A stretch of DNA of 64,000 nt from Camelus ferus. Taxonomy: Eukaryota. The notes beneath the pieces are model-generated. The model searched no databases. It had not been told where the DNA came from and saw only the letters and a list, made by a program, of their open reading frames with translations. Both the position numbers and the translations under genes were made by a program. Shown here piece after piece: positions 1 through 12,390 of the stretch. Each line of letters begins with the position of its first letter. Position 1 is the first letter of the stretch. The stretch is from the NCBI RefSeq assembly GCF_009834535.1, contig NC_045698.1:9302001-9366000 (forward strand), given 5' to 3'.

Positions 1-468
1 CCTTGTTGGAAATGGGACTGGCTGTACTTCTGAAAGGCATTCTTCTATTGCTATTTATATTTGTTATTCCCATTGTCTAAAGTTAAATTCTTCCCTTACC
101 TACATGGCTAACTCTTCTGCGCCTGGGAAAACAAAAACTTTTTCAAGAAAAAAATACAAATTCTTGATCATCTACTTACATAATATAAATAAAGGATTCT
201 TAGTATTTAACATAAGAAAAACTTACAGTCAGTACTTCATATATGGGACATACTGGAAATTTGTGTCTCTATTTAAAACAGCATACTAAGACCCAGGCAC
301 CATTTATGCAAATGACTATTTCCTATAAACACCGTGGTAAAAAATCTGGAACTTCAAAACATATAAAAATTATGAGCGTCCAGACAATATAAAAACTGAA
401 TTTATCCATACAGAAAAAACAAAAACAGGCTGGCTTAAGACTTGTTTTTGGCACATTAAGGAAAAAAA

Positions 469-497
469 TGTATATGTGTGTGTGTGTATGTGTGTGT
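469..497. repeat. Imperfect (TG)n/(TA) microsatellite
   Basis: tgtatatgtgtgtgtgtgtatgtgtgtgt seen directly. Confidence 0.9.
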
Positions 498-559
498 AAA
501 CACATTCTTAAATATATGCTTGAGTTTAATATGGTACCAGCAAAATGATGCTATCTATT

Positions 560-1010
560 AAGTTATGCTGAGATAATTATTTAACCATATGGGAATCATA
601 AATAAAAGCTTTACTTACATCAAACACCAGAAAAAATAACTGTATTTAATTTTAGAATCTAACAAGATTTATAAAAGAAATAAAATCTTACAAAAAAGAA
701 AGACACAAATGAATATGAGCATACATTTAGAGGAAAGGATTCTTCCAATAATCACATGCAAAATGTAAAAGAGAAAATGTTGATGATTTTGACCAATAAA
801 AATGAATGACATTTACATCATAAAAATAAACAATATTAAGAGGCAAATTACAAATTAAAGGAAAAATGTACAATACGTGAAGAAATGTGTTGATATATTT
901 AATGTCTAGAGAACCATTTACAAATCATTAAAAGAACAACATCTTGCAATGTAAAATTGGACACAGTTTACATAAAAATGTGTTTCATAAATAAAAGCTT
1001 GATTTCAGTG
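560..1010 (+). mobile_element. Very old L1 (L1ME-like) ORF2 3' fragment
   Basis: A-rich; motifs such as 'aagagaaaatgttgatgattttgac...aataaaaat' and 'ttaagaggcaaattacaaatt' resemble the L1 ORF2 3' region; highly diverged. Confidence 0.35.
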
Positions 1011-1431
1011 AGAATAAGAAAATTATACCAGATTTTATTTCCCATAACACTCACCATAGTATTGTAACTGATATCAATAAAACATTTCTAGTTGTTCCCC
1101 ATGCCAGTGGCTTTGATGTCAGTCTTCACTGATCTAACATTTACCTAAATTTGTTTCCACTTGCTCAATAAAGTCTATGGTCTTAGAACTCAAGTAGATA
1201 AATCAAAACAACAGCATTCATAACATAGTATGCCCAAATTTAATTTGGAATTTTTATTAACCGCTTTATCTTTCATAACTATTGAACAAAGTGTGTCTCT
1301 ATAGGCACAAGCTACATAATTTTCAAAATCCTAGCAGAAAATAAGTGAAATAAAGTTGCTATGAATTTAAAGGTGGTTAATAGCAACATGAAACATGTTT
1401 TTATTTAAAAAGTATTTAAATCTTAGTCATT

Positions 1432-1901
1432 TATAGTAGACCAAGTAATATCCACCAAAGATATTCTCGTCCTGATCCCAGAATCTGTGAATATGTTACC
1501 TTATAGGACAAAAAGATGTGATTGCGGACTTTAAGATTAGATGGTGCTGGATTAACCAAGTGGGTCCAAAGAAATCACAAGGTCCTCATAAGAGGAATGA
1601 AGGAGGATCACAGTCAAGAAAATATATGAGGATGTTGACAGACGTTGTAAATGAGAGAAGATGCTGCACTATCGGCTTTGAACAGGGGGGAAGGGGCCAC
1701 GAGCTGAAGGCCTCTAAAAACTGGAAAGGGCAAAAGCATGAGATTCACATGGAGCCTCCAGAAGGAGCCAGGCTTGTCAACGCCTTCATGTCAGTCTAGT
1801 GAGGATGATTCTAGACTTCTGACTTCAGAACTGTAACATAAACTGCGTTGTTTTAAGCCACTAAAATGCGATTTGTTCGAGCAGCATTTGAGACTATTAC
1901 A
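1432..1901 (+). mobile_element. MaLR solo LTR, MLT1D-like
   Basis: MLT1 motifs: 'ccaaagatattctcgtcctgatcccagaatctgtgaatatgttaccttatagg', 'ggagcctccagaaggagc', 'gacttctgacttcagaactgtaa', 'gttgttttaagccactaaa', ends ...ctattaca. Confidence 0.85.
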
Positions 1902-2034
1902 AGGTAATCTTTTAACTTTGAAATCAGAGAGGCTAACTGCAAAATCAGACACATGATTTTAAATAGAAGTTGTCTTGGATGTGGGAAACTCTTTACAAAG
2001 ATGGTTCTTGGTCTTTTCATTTCAGACCTTAAAT

Positions 2035-3270
2035 GTAAAATTTACAAGAAGAAAGATAAATAAACTGAAAATCTGAATTTCCTTAGATCTATCAGAGAAA
2101 TGAGGAAACAGGGCTGGCTGCCACCTGTAATTCAGAGAGGGAGGCAGACACCAAGAATGACAGCTAAGATCAGCTTACCGGGAGTAGAAACTGCTAGAGC
2201 AAGTAGCTGAAATACGTGAAGGCAATTTTGATGAACTGCTGGTGGCTGAGAGCGGACTGCTCTGGGAGTTAAGAACTCCTGGGGTCTCTGCCCTGTGAGG
2301 TCCCCATACGATCATGGCTTTTACCTACAAGAGCCCCACTGAGTTCTGACAGTGAAGATGGGAGAAAAATTCCCCTCAGGTTTCAGGCAAGGTAGGGGAA
2401 AAGTAACCAGTTTGAAATATTCCCAGAGTGTTCTTCATAACAAAGGTCTATCTTACAATGGAAGCTGCTTTACCAGAGCCTCACTAGACCACAGGGAGGG
2501 GCAGTCAAACAGCTCCTGCCCCTCTGGACTTCTGTCCCATATGGGGAAAAAACTCAAAGAAACACTTCCCTCGGTCACATCCCCAGGACTCAGGGCCCCT
2601 AAAGAAAAGAAAACTAAATTCAACCATATATGCTTCCACCTCAGGAAACCACAGAATGAAGAGCAACATAAAAGTAAAGTAAATAGAAGAAATAAAATGT
2701 TAAAATAAGAGCATAAATCAACACAATTGAAAACAGAGAGCAATTGAGAAAAATAAATAAAATCAAAACTAGTTTTTTGCAAAGATCAGTGGTGTTTATA
2801 AACCTACAGCTAGGATAACCAAGGAAAAAAAGAAGACACAGATTACTAACTCCAAAACTGAAGATTGTCAGTAATGATCCCGTGGATGTTAAAGGGATAA
2901 CAGGAGAAGATTATGAAAATCTCCATGGTTACAAATCTGATAACGTCGGTGAAATGGACCAATTCCTTAAAAGACACAAACTACCAAAATGTACAAGGAG
3001 ATAAACATAAATTATTCTCTACGATACTGTAACAATGGATACATGATGTTACACATTTGTCAATATTCATAGCTGTACAACCCAAAAAGGAGACTTTGTG
3101 TAATCTGTGAACTTTAGCTAATGATAACATATCAATATTGATTCATTAATTATTAACAAATAAACTACAGAAATGCAAGATGTTAATAATAGCTGAAACC
3201 GTGTGCCCTGGGTGATACATGGGAACTTTCTGTACTGTCAGCTCAAGGCTCAAATATTCTGTGAATACAA
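2035..3270 (+). mobile_element. Old L1 (L1MC/MD-like) remnant: 5' region + ORF2 piece + 3'UTR piece
   Basis: 2035-2600 resembles the reverse complement of 40440-41040. 2600-3000 is ORF2-like ('ttccacctcaggaaac...aaatcaaaactagttttttgcaaagatca', 'gaaatggaccaattccttaaaagacacaaactaccaaaa'). 3010-3270 is L1MC/MD 3'UTR-like ('gatactgtaacaatggatacatg', 'atgggaactttctgtact'). Confidence 0.7.
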
Positions 3271-5014
3271 AACTTTAGACTTAGAATAGTGCCTTAATTA
3301 AAAATATGTACATTTCTGGATCCCTTTAAATTTGCCTTTTATTGTAAAAAAAAAAAATAGAACTGATCAGTTACTTGGTGGTATCAATGCCCAAATTTTG
3401 GTGGCAGAAAACTTTCTCTCATTTTAATGCACATGTAAACCCCATTCAATTTATGTCTTTTTAAAAATCTTATTAGTTATTAAATTTTTTGGATTTATTT
3501 TTTTTACTGCTTCTACTGCCTGTTTTTCAATTTTTATTCTTGGAATGTAAAATCATAGCCTTTTTGCAACAGGAACACTTTTTCTCAGTGGATTACACTG
3601 TAATGTAATTCTGGCTACTACTTAGTGGAAAAAAAAAATCAAAGGAAATGAACCTAAATACTAATTGCAGAAATGCATTTGGTGAGTGTGATTGACTTGA
3701 TTTGTGACGACAAGTACATTGCTTAAGCTCACTGAACTTAATTCGAACCATATCTACAGACCCCAGCTTTTCCATCAGTTGTGCTGAGCTGAAGCATCTG
3801 ACCAGAGTTCTAAACATGGCATTGTCTTTTAGAGAGGAAGGCATTCTCCTCAGCCCTCAGGGAATTATCTTTTGAAGTGGATGTGGCAACAGCACTGAGG
3901 TAAAGAATTATATGGAGGAAATGAGGCCACGTTGGTAAAAATGGAAAGAGAAAAACATTCTCCAGACAAAGCAGCAAGAACCATATCACAGTTGGGATTA
4001 AACAGAGACTTGTGGTGCTAGATTTCTTTGGATCTGTTTAGGTTTTTTTTTTTCTTTACATATAGGTGTTAATAAGAAAATTAATCTTAATTAAAGGACT
4101 TTAGCAATAAATATTGTTACACCCCAAAATGTGGAAATTTAGCTATTGTTTAAAAGTACAAAACCAAGGATCCATTGGCAAATGAACAGAGGCTGAATGC
4201 AGATGTGCAGTTAACATGCCATGTCCGCTGAAACTCTCCCAAAGTGCGCTGGGTGCCCAAGGGTGATGAGCTATAAATGTGTAGGCAGCATTTACTTTCA
4301 ATGTAAATGCAATCTTAAAACTTTTAACAACACACTTATGCCACTTATTTTTGTTTTTTAAAAAATCCCACCTGGGGGTCCTTCAAGCAAACAGCACACA
4401 TCCAGGTACAGCTCTCATTTTCTTCATTTCATTCAAGAAAAGGAAAGCAGAAGCTCGTTTATCAGCCTCCACACTAGGACTGGCAAGCATCTAACTGCGG
4501 ACTTCTGATTCATGGAACCAGCGACTTAACCAAAGATTTCTCATTAGACTGTCTCCAGAGACTAAAGGTGAGCAGCCCTATGGATGCTAGCGAGATTAAA
4601 ACATAAAATAGTAAACTTAGGCATATGACATTCAAACTACAATAAGTAAAAAATAACAGCAACAACAAAAAAGTCTTGCCAGCAGGAGAAGCACTGGCGT
4701 TTAGTGTCTCCGTCTTTCTGAGCTATCACCAGCCTCTTCTAGGCAGCAGTGAAAAAAGCCATCTTGCATCATCTTAGTCCAGAAGCGGTGGAAGTGGCCA
4801 CAGCCTACTGGAGTCTGGTCGGGAGGGGCTGGCATGATGGGACTGACTGGTTCCCCTCTCAGGTGGGCACAGTGGAGGCCAAGCCAGAGTCCAACGTACA
4901 GGAGGCTGAGATTTTTGTCAGTATTAGCACTGCAGATCAGAGGGTGGTTTAGCTTTACTTTGAGCAAGTATCTGATGGCCCAGAGGAAGTAAGATCCAAA
5001 TAAATATGAAGAGC

Positions 5015-5420
5015 TGGAGAATGTCATTCTAAGTGAAGTAAGCCAGGAAGAGAAAGAAAAATACCATATGAGATCGGTCGTATGTGGAATCTTAAAAAAA
5101 AAAAAAAAAAAAAGGAGCATAAATACAAAACAGAAACAGACTCATGGACATAGAATACAAACTTGTGGTTGCCAAGGGGGAAGAGGGTGAGAAGGGACAG
5201 ACTGGGAGTTCAAAATCTGTAGATACTGACAGGCATATGCAGAATAGATAAACAAGATTATACTATATAGCACAGGGAAATATGTGGTAGCTCACAGCAA
5301 AAAAAAAAAAAGTGACAATGAGTATATGTATGTTCATGTATAACTGAAAAATTGTGCTCTACACTGGAATCTGACACAACACTGTAGAATGACTATAACT
5401 CAATAAAAATAAAAGTTAAA
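5015..5420 (+). mobile_element. Young 5'-truncated L1 (ORF2 end + 3'UTR + A-tail)
   Basis: Encodes ENVILSEVSQEEKEKYHMRS; near-identical to reverse complement of 12067-12470; TSD AAATATGAAGAGC (5002-5014) / AAATATAAAGAGC (5421-5433). Confidence 0.93.
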
Positions 5421-6324
5421 AAATATAAAGAGCATATAAACTTAATTAAATAAAAGTAATTGCCCAGGGTTGTCATGATAATAGGTGGGGAAAAATGCAG
5501 AGTATAATAAATAATGTTTGGTGCACAAAACACATGCTCATCAGCAGTATTAGGGTTACACCCTCATAGGGATATAAATGTACTGCCTGCCTTTATCTTT
5601 TTTTCAAAATAAACCAATAGCAAGAGTTCGGATGACTTGGTCATAGCTCAGTAATGATAAAATGATCATATTAAAAGCATTGTTGGAAGAACAAAAGGTG
5701 AGGATGCTGGGAATGCATTGCAGAAAGTAATGCCATATCAGCAAATCTAAATGAATTATATAGGGTTTGAGTATGATTTGTAGGGAGTAGAAATGCCATA
5801 AATTTCTCATTATTCCTAGTGAGGAGTCATTTTATGCTGCTTAAAATCATCAGTGTAATTTAAAACACAGGTATATCATCAAAAAATAGGAGCTAAATTT
5901 GAGGAAGGGACAGGGAAAGGAAACACAGCTTTGAATATTTTTACTTTTTATTTACAACTATTCTTTACTAATGGATTATTATTGTTGGGGGAATATAATT
6001 AAAAACAAAATCTTCTGCCAACTCAGAAAATCTCTCCACAAAAGAAGAGAGCAAAAAATTTTTATTATTGAATAACCATTATGCAGAATGTGATGCAAGT
6101 CACAGGCAGTTTGCTGAAGATCACAAAGACGGAAAGAAATCTCCCCCTCTTATGCAGCCAGGTAGGGAAATCATTACATGCTGTCAATATAAATACTAAT
6201 TCTCTGCAAGTAAGAGAGGACTTGACAGCATCATTTGTCACACATTGTTCATTCTAAATTCATCTGGTAATTTGCTGGTCATTTGTGTTTGCTAATTACC
6301 TTTACCCAGAGGAAAACATAAACA

Positions 6325-6326
<2 letters not shown>

Positions 6327-6362
<36 letters not shown>

Positions 6363-6422
6363 CACACATATATATATACATATATATACATATAGGTATG
6401 TATATATACATATACATATATA
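6327..6422. repeat. (TG)n followed by (TA)/(TACA)-rich compound microsatellite
   Basis: Seen directly; sits at the tail position of the L1 at 6423-6818. Confidence 0.95.
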
Positions 6423-6818
6423 TTATTGAAGTATGGTCAGTTTACAATGTTGTGTCAGTTTCCGGTGTACAGCATAAGCTTCAGTCATACATGAACATGA
6501 GCATACATATATTCGTTTTCATATTCTTTTTCACCGTAAGTTACTACAAGGTATTGAATTTAGTTCCCTGTGCTATAGAGTATGAACTTGGTGTTTATCT
6601 AATTTATATATAGTAGTTAGTATCTGCAAATCTCGAACTCACAATTTACCCCTTCCCACCCTCTTCGCTTCTGGTAACCATGTTTGTTTTCTCTGTGAAT
6701 CTGTTTCTGTTTTGTAAATGAGTTTGTTTGTTTGTTTGTTTTTTTAAGATTCCACATATAAGTGATATCATATGGTATTTTTCCTTCTCTTTCTGGCTTA
6801 CTTCACTTAGTATGACAA
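6423..6818 (-). mobile_element. 5'-truncated L1 3' end (intermediate-age subfamily)
   Basis: 'ttattgaagtatggtcagtttacaatg...gttccctgtgctatagag...agattccacatataagtgatatcatatggtattt...ctggcttacttcacttagtatgaca'. Confidence 0.9.
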
Positions 6819-7096
6819 TTTAATCAATTTATGAAGGTTTGTAGCTTTGCAACTTGGAGTTAGGCACCCAGAAGTTAGGCTTTTACCGTCCTATGGGAAC
6901 TTAAGAAAGAGATGCTTCTTCCCCTCATTTCAAAGAGATGGCCTTTGGGTCTTTGGGGGAAAAAATTCTAGAGTTATAAAACTGTCAATGCTTTTTTTAA
7001 CTTTTAAAAAGTTTTGCATACATCTCAAAGTGGCAGAGAAAGAATATACAATTACAAGTTTTCTAAAGTAAATGCTTTAAGAATAAGGAGAGATCC

Positions 7097-7268
7097 CTGT
7101 ATAGCACAGGGAAATATACACAAAATGTTATGATAACTCACAGAGAAAAAAATGTGACAATGAGTGTGTATATGTCCATGAATAACTGAAAAATTGTGCT
7201 GAACACTGGAATTTGACACAACATTGTAAAATGATTATAGATCAATAAAAAATGTTAAAAAAAAAAAA
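7097..7268 (+). mobile_element. Very short young L1 3' end with poly(A)
   Basis: Perfect 18-bp TSD AAGAATAAGGAGAGATCC (7079-7096, 7269-7286); TTT/AAGA endonuclease-type site; AATAAA and A-tail. Confidence 0.95.
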
Positions 7269-10200
7269 AAGAATAAGGAGAGATCCTTTTCTTCCTTCAG
7301 GAATATTCTTTTCCTCACTTCAGATTTGTATCCATCCTATGTTATTGACATTGTCTTTTTTATAGTAAAATATAACATAATAAGGTTTAATGTTGATTGC
7401 AGATATAAGTGGGATTTGGGGAAGGATACAAACATTGTTTTAAATGTCATCATCCTTGCATGGGACCAAAGATATATTTACATAGAAATGCAAACATTCC
7501 GTTTACAATCAACAAACCTGATCCTTGTAATTGACCTTATTTTGTATTGGGCTACTGTGGCATGATATTTTTCAGAAAGTGACTCAAACCAAATTTCGGT
7601 ATATCTGACCTTCATTTTTGTGAATTAAAAAATAAATAATTATTCTCCCAAGCTCAGCAGTATTAGGTGGAAGCTTAGCCAACAGAAAGAAAAAGTAAAA
7701 AGGATCAAAAAATAAACAAACAGCCCATACTCACTTTTGCTTGTTTTCTATTTCTTGTATAACTTCCGTACAACTAACTGTATGAATCAAGCCTACAATT
7801 ATTCAAGTCCATGATATTTTAGGATCTTTTCAAGCCACCAATATTTGAAGACCTTTAAGGTTATTTATTTTTTCATTATGTGTATTTATCTGAAGCGTTC
7901 TTTATAGAGGTGTCCTTGGAAGAAGCAAGTTTATTACAAATCAATATCTGATGTGTAAAGTGAAGCCTCAAATTTCTGACTTTTATTGGACTGTATTCTT
8001 TCTGTGTGACCTCAATGTTTATGACATGTCTTCCCAATTAACTGACATGGACCAGGTGACCTGGGATGTGGGTCCCTACATCTAGAGGCACATCCTTGTC
8101 TCTCACCTCCCATGAATAATTATCATTGACATAAATTTTGAACCATCATAAATGTATCTACCAAACATGGTCAAAAGTCCAAAAGTCCTATGGCTTTTAT
8201 GCATGTTCTAACAACAAACTCTTCCTGCTTTTTTGTAGAGGTTATATTTTAACAGGTTGATAAATTACCTGCCACAAATCCATAGAATATTAAGAATGGA
8301 GAACTATGTTAATATCTAAGTTGGTATCTTGGCATCTCTTCTTTTTCTTGGACTTTAGATTTTAAAAATCTATGCTGACATTATATTTGATTATTTTAAG
8401 GAAGTAGAAGGTGAAGATTCAGTTTAGACATTTTTCTATTGTACAGATGTCACCTGGAGATTTTTAGTAAAATGTCCTGCCCAGAAGGGGAGAATAAATT
8501 ATAATAGTCAATATTTAATCCAAGACTTTCCATAACAATATGTTTCCTTACTATTGAAGTTACATTTGCGTTTAATATTTACATCACTTGGTTTGAAATG
8601 GGAAAGGTCTGAGATGTGAACAAGTTTGCTATTTATTTAAAAGTGTGATTTTTTTTTCTTTTCTCACTTACTGATGGGACAATTATCCATATGCATTCAC
8701 TCTGTCAGGCACTTGTCCTTTCCAATGAATCAGAGGAAAATGTATCAATTTCATCTTCTTGTTCTTTCATAAGTTTGCTTATAAAAGTCAAACCTGAAAG
8801 TATTACTTGGGATTTAACTTTGGTTTTCTTAATTTCTGTAACAAAGTATTTGTATTTCAATTATGCAGGGTCCTACTTTCACTTTGAAAGGCAAAAAACT
8901 GGAAAAAGGCATTGCTCGCACCCTGACAACAGAAAAATCCAGATAATCTAAATAATCATCATTTTCCTTAAGCCAGCAAGAGCCAATTTCAAATTGCCTC
9001 CGGTTTAAGTAAAGAAAGGTCTTTGCAAAGAGAAACCAATGCAGTCTTAGCTCAGCTCCCAGAGACCACAGTAGGAACCAGCGTCTCTAACCATGTAAAC
9101 AGGTAGGAACTCAGGAAGAACCTTTAACAAACTTTCAAAAGCTGAATATCAGCCAATGTGAAATAACCTACCACAGAGCCCAGCTCCCAGAGGACCATTA
9201 TGACAGTGTGTCCACAGGAAAGCACCCCCTTCTTGACCCCAGTGTGTTCCAGGAAATGGCTAGCTACGGAATGAACTTCGTTCCTAATACTGAACAGTCC
9301 TTCACCGTTTAAAATGTCCTGAAACTTACTGGCCCCATTACACCCAGCCTAGAACCAATTATAAAGTCTCGACAGCTTGCAAAATCCTCGCCATAACAGA
9401 ATGTTTGCCAGCCAGAGCTTGTCTTGGTATACCCTCTTTTCTTCCCCTCTAAGACTTAACATTACTTCATAACATATTTGTAACTTTGAAATGAAAGTAA
9501 CTGCAGACAGGTTTTTTTTTTTTTTATGTTAGTTTATGGATAAGCAGACTTTGTCCCAGACTTTTTTCTCTGAGAATGTAGAACCCCCTGGGAACTGCAG
9601 ATGTAAGAAGCCGTTAGTCCTATTTAAGGGCTCTTTTCCATACACCTGAACAGGATGCTTAAGAGAGAAAGAGAAGGGCAGAGAGTGACACCAGGGAAGA
9701 CCTCCCTCATTGTGTAGGCAGAGAGAGAAGGACCGTGACTACCAGCGCAGGGAATGCCGGAGTCCACCTGGGCACCTCTCCACTACAGAAAGACTTATGT
9801 CATGGAGGAGAAGTAATAGGATCGGTCACCCCAGCACACAGATGAAGATGCATTCTGGCTGGGAAAATAGACAAAAATTCTTTTATGCATAAGGGAGGGA
9901 CAAGAGATAATCCTGAGCCAATGAGGCTTAGTGGATACTCTGAGAGCATTGTATGTTCCATAGCCCTAGGAGAGCAATAGCAAACTCTATGGGAATAAAA
10001 CCTATCAGGGACATGAGACAGAGTACGGCTGCCACAGAAAAAGTGAAAATCATGGAGAAAACTTAGGAGTTGGACCCATAGATACAGGACATGCCCTTCC
10101 CAACCCCCTAAGGTGGGAATTACCAAGTAACAAACAACAACACTCTCCCACTGAAGAATGACAGTGTGACTTGAGCTTCCTTTTGATCTAGGTGTGCAAG

Positions 10201-10822
10201 GAAGGCCAGTCACTGAAGGTAGAGCAGGAGGATTGAGAAATATCCTCTAGTACTTCCAGTCGCCACACTCAGCACAAGGAGAATCTGAGGAAAATTGCTA
10301 CATGTTTAAGTTCATTTACTCTTAAAAATCAATTAACTTACATTTTCACATACTTAATTTTATTATTTTCAACGACGTGATAAAGACTTATTTCTGTTGA
10401 CATATTATGAATAACTTTATTCAATATATTAAGCGATCCATACCTATGTAGATCATTAGAAAAGAGAGTATAAAAATATACACATAAGTTAAAATACATA
10501 AATCACATAATACTAATATAAACTGATTATATGTTAGAAATTGTTATTTTAGTTGATAAAATAGCCTTCTCAAGACTTACTCCATGATTATGGGAATGCT
10601 GCACTGTAAATTATTTTTCTATGATTGACAAAAAAATATGCAATTAATGAACTTTTAAGATTATCACAGTTAATATTTTAAAATTAGCTTCCTATCTGCT
10701 TAAAATCTTGTCAGATGACATCAACGTACTTTAAATAAATCTATAAAAATAGAATGTTTATAATCATTACTATACATTAAAATATATGCTTAGAAAAAGT
10801 CTATAAAATTACTTTTTTTCAG

Positions 10823-10884
10823 GTGCTACATGTTGGTATTCTATTTTGTATTTTTGTGTCAGGCTGTCTGTGCTAATGTTAAAG
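10823..10884 (+). other. Candidate 62-nt exon (unverified), possibly encoding signal-peptide-like MLVFYFVFLCQAVCANVK
   Basis: Acceptor acttttttTCAG| and perfect donor AAG|GTAAGT; no recognised homolog. Confidence 0.2.
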
Positions 10885-12337
10885 GTAAGTCTTGAGTAAA
10901 TATGATAACACAACTACATAGTTATAATGCTATTATGATGCCTTAGATGTTAGTGAAAAACATCCTATCTCAGTCCATATGTAAGGAAATAGCAGAAGCT
11001 AGTTCATTTTTGCATGAAATATAATGGATCTCTTTTTCAGAATGACACACTTTCATGTTCTTTATTCAAATTGGAAAAGTAGGTCTAGGACTCAGTCTGA
11101 TGCCAGAACATATAGCTAAATTTATTCTTTTTTTAATATAAAAAGCTCTTAGCTCAATGGGCAACATGTTTCTGTTTACTTGAGTTAACCAGGAAAAAGA
11201 TGTATCATGTTGCAGATACTTGGAAATACTCTGCTTCTACCAGCAAGGCAAACAGGTGAAGGGAAGTATATGCAGTTATATTTATCATACTTACCAATTA
11301 CAAAACTTTTTATTCTAGTCCACCAGTATTTTATTTAAAACATTTCAATATGCAGCTGTTTACATGGATGAAGCTAAATTTTCTAGTTTTCAAATTACTC
11401 ACAAAACTAAGTGAATGGGTGAAACTTTCCTTTTTCACCCTTTTCAAGTTCTTTCAATTTAAATATATGAGAAGAAAAAAAATCTGAGGCAAGAGGCATA
11501 GGTTAACCGTATTTTTTTTCCTAAGGAGAGCAGGAATCTAAAGGACTTTTGTTTCACATGTTAGGCATCTCTCCAATGATTGCATTTTCTATAATAAGGA
11601 TGTATTCTTTTTAGTTTAGAAAAACCAATACAATTATGAAAAATAGTATTAACTAATTGTAAAAAGAGAGAAGAAAATAATAAGGTGAGTATTGTATTTG
11701 CCTTATAATCAATATTCAAAAGCTTTGATATAAAAAAAACTGTCCATAACGTTTTACTAGTCAAAATCTAGTCAAAATTTTCACACTTGAGAATGGTTTC
11801 TATCGCCTACTTGTTAGTCACCCATTTGTCATCTGAGTAGTTTTGTAGAGGTGACTTTTTGCAAAAGTAACCCATTCCACTGTTACGTCTCCTTGTTTTA
11901 AAGGTATTTTCTTTGTTTTGCAGGAAACTCCTATTATTATTGTTCTTAATTTAAGTTTTTTTTTTCCTATGACTAAACTTCAAGTTCATAAAGACACATA
12001 TGGCAAAATTCATAAACATCTTTCTTTTCTGAAGACTTTTTTTTAAATTTCCATGATCAATTTCTTTTTTTTAACATTTTTTATTGATTTATAATCATTT
12101 TACAATGTTGTGTCAAATTCTAGTGTTCAGCACAATTTTTCAGTTATACATGGACATATACACACTCATTATCACATTTTTTCCACTGTGATTCCCTGTG
12201 CTATACAGTATAATCTTGTTTATCTGTTCTACAATTTTGAAATCCCAGTCTATCCCTTCCCACCCTCCTCCCCCCTGGCAACCACAAGTCTGTATTCTAG
12301 TCTATGAGTCTATTTCTGTCCTGTATTTACAGTTTAG

Positions 12338-12390
12338 TTTTTTGTTTGTTTGTTTGTTTGTTTGTTTGTTTGTTTGTTTGTTTTTGTTTT
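12338..12390. repeat. (GTTT)n microsatellite in the L1 A-rich tract after the ORF2 stop
   Basis: Seen directly. Confidence 0.95.

Larger units (their letters stand above)
5983..7340 (-). mobile_element. ERV1-class solo LTR (MER89/MER4-group-like) interrupted by two L1 insertions
   Basis: Begins TGTTGGG. The pieces 5983-6325, 6820-7096 and 7287-7340 appear to be one LTR. TTTATT near 6062 gives a minus-strand AATAAA near its 3' end. Family name from memory. Confidence 0.65.

Noticed and set aside
4701..5120. 139-aa minus-strand ORF
   Set aside because: Begins inside antisense L1 sequence and a poly(T) run; no recognisable protein
9020..10240. GC-richer block resembling LTR or old L1 5' sequence, with ORF 9800..10213
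   Set aside because: Probably old repeat, but I cannot assign family or boundaries; the ORF is not recognisable
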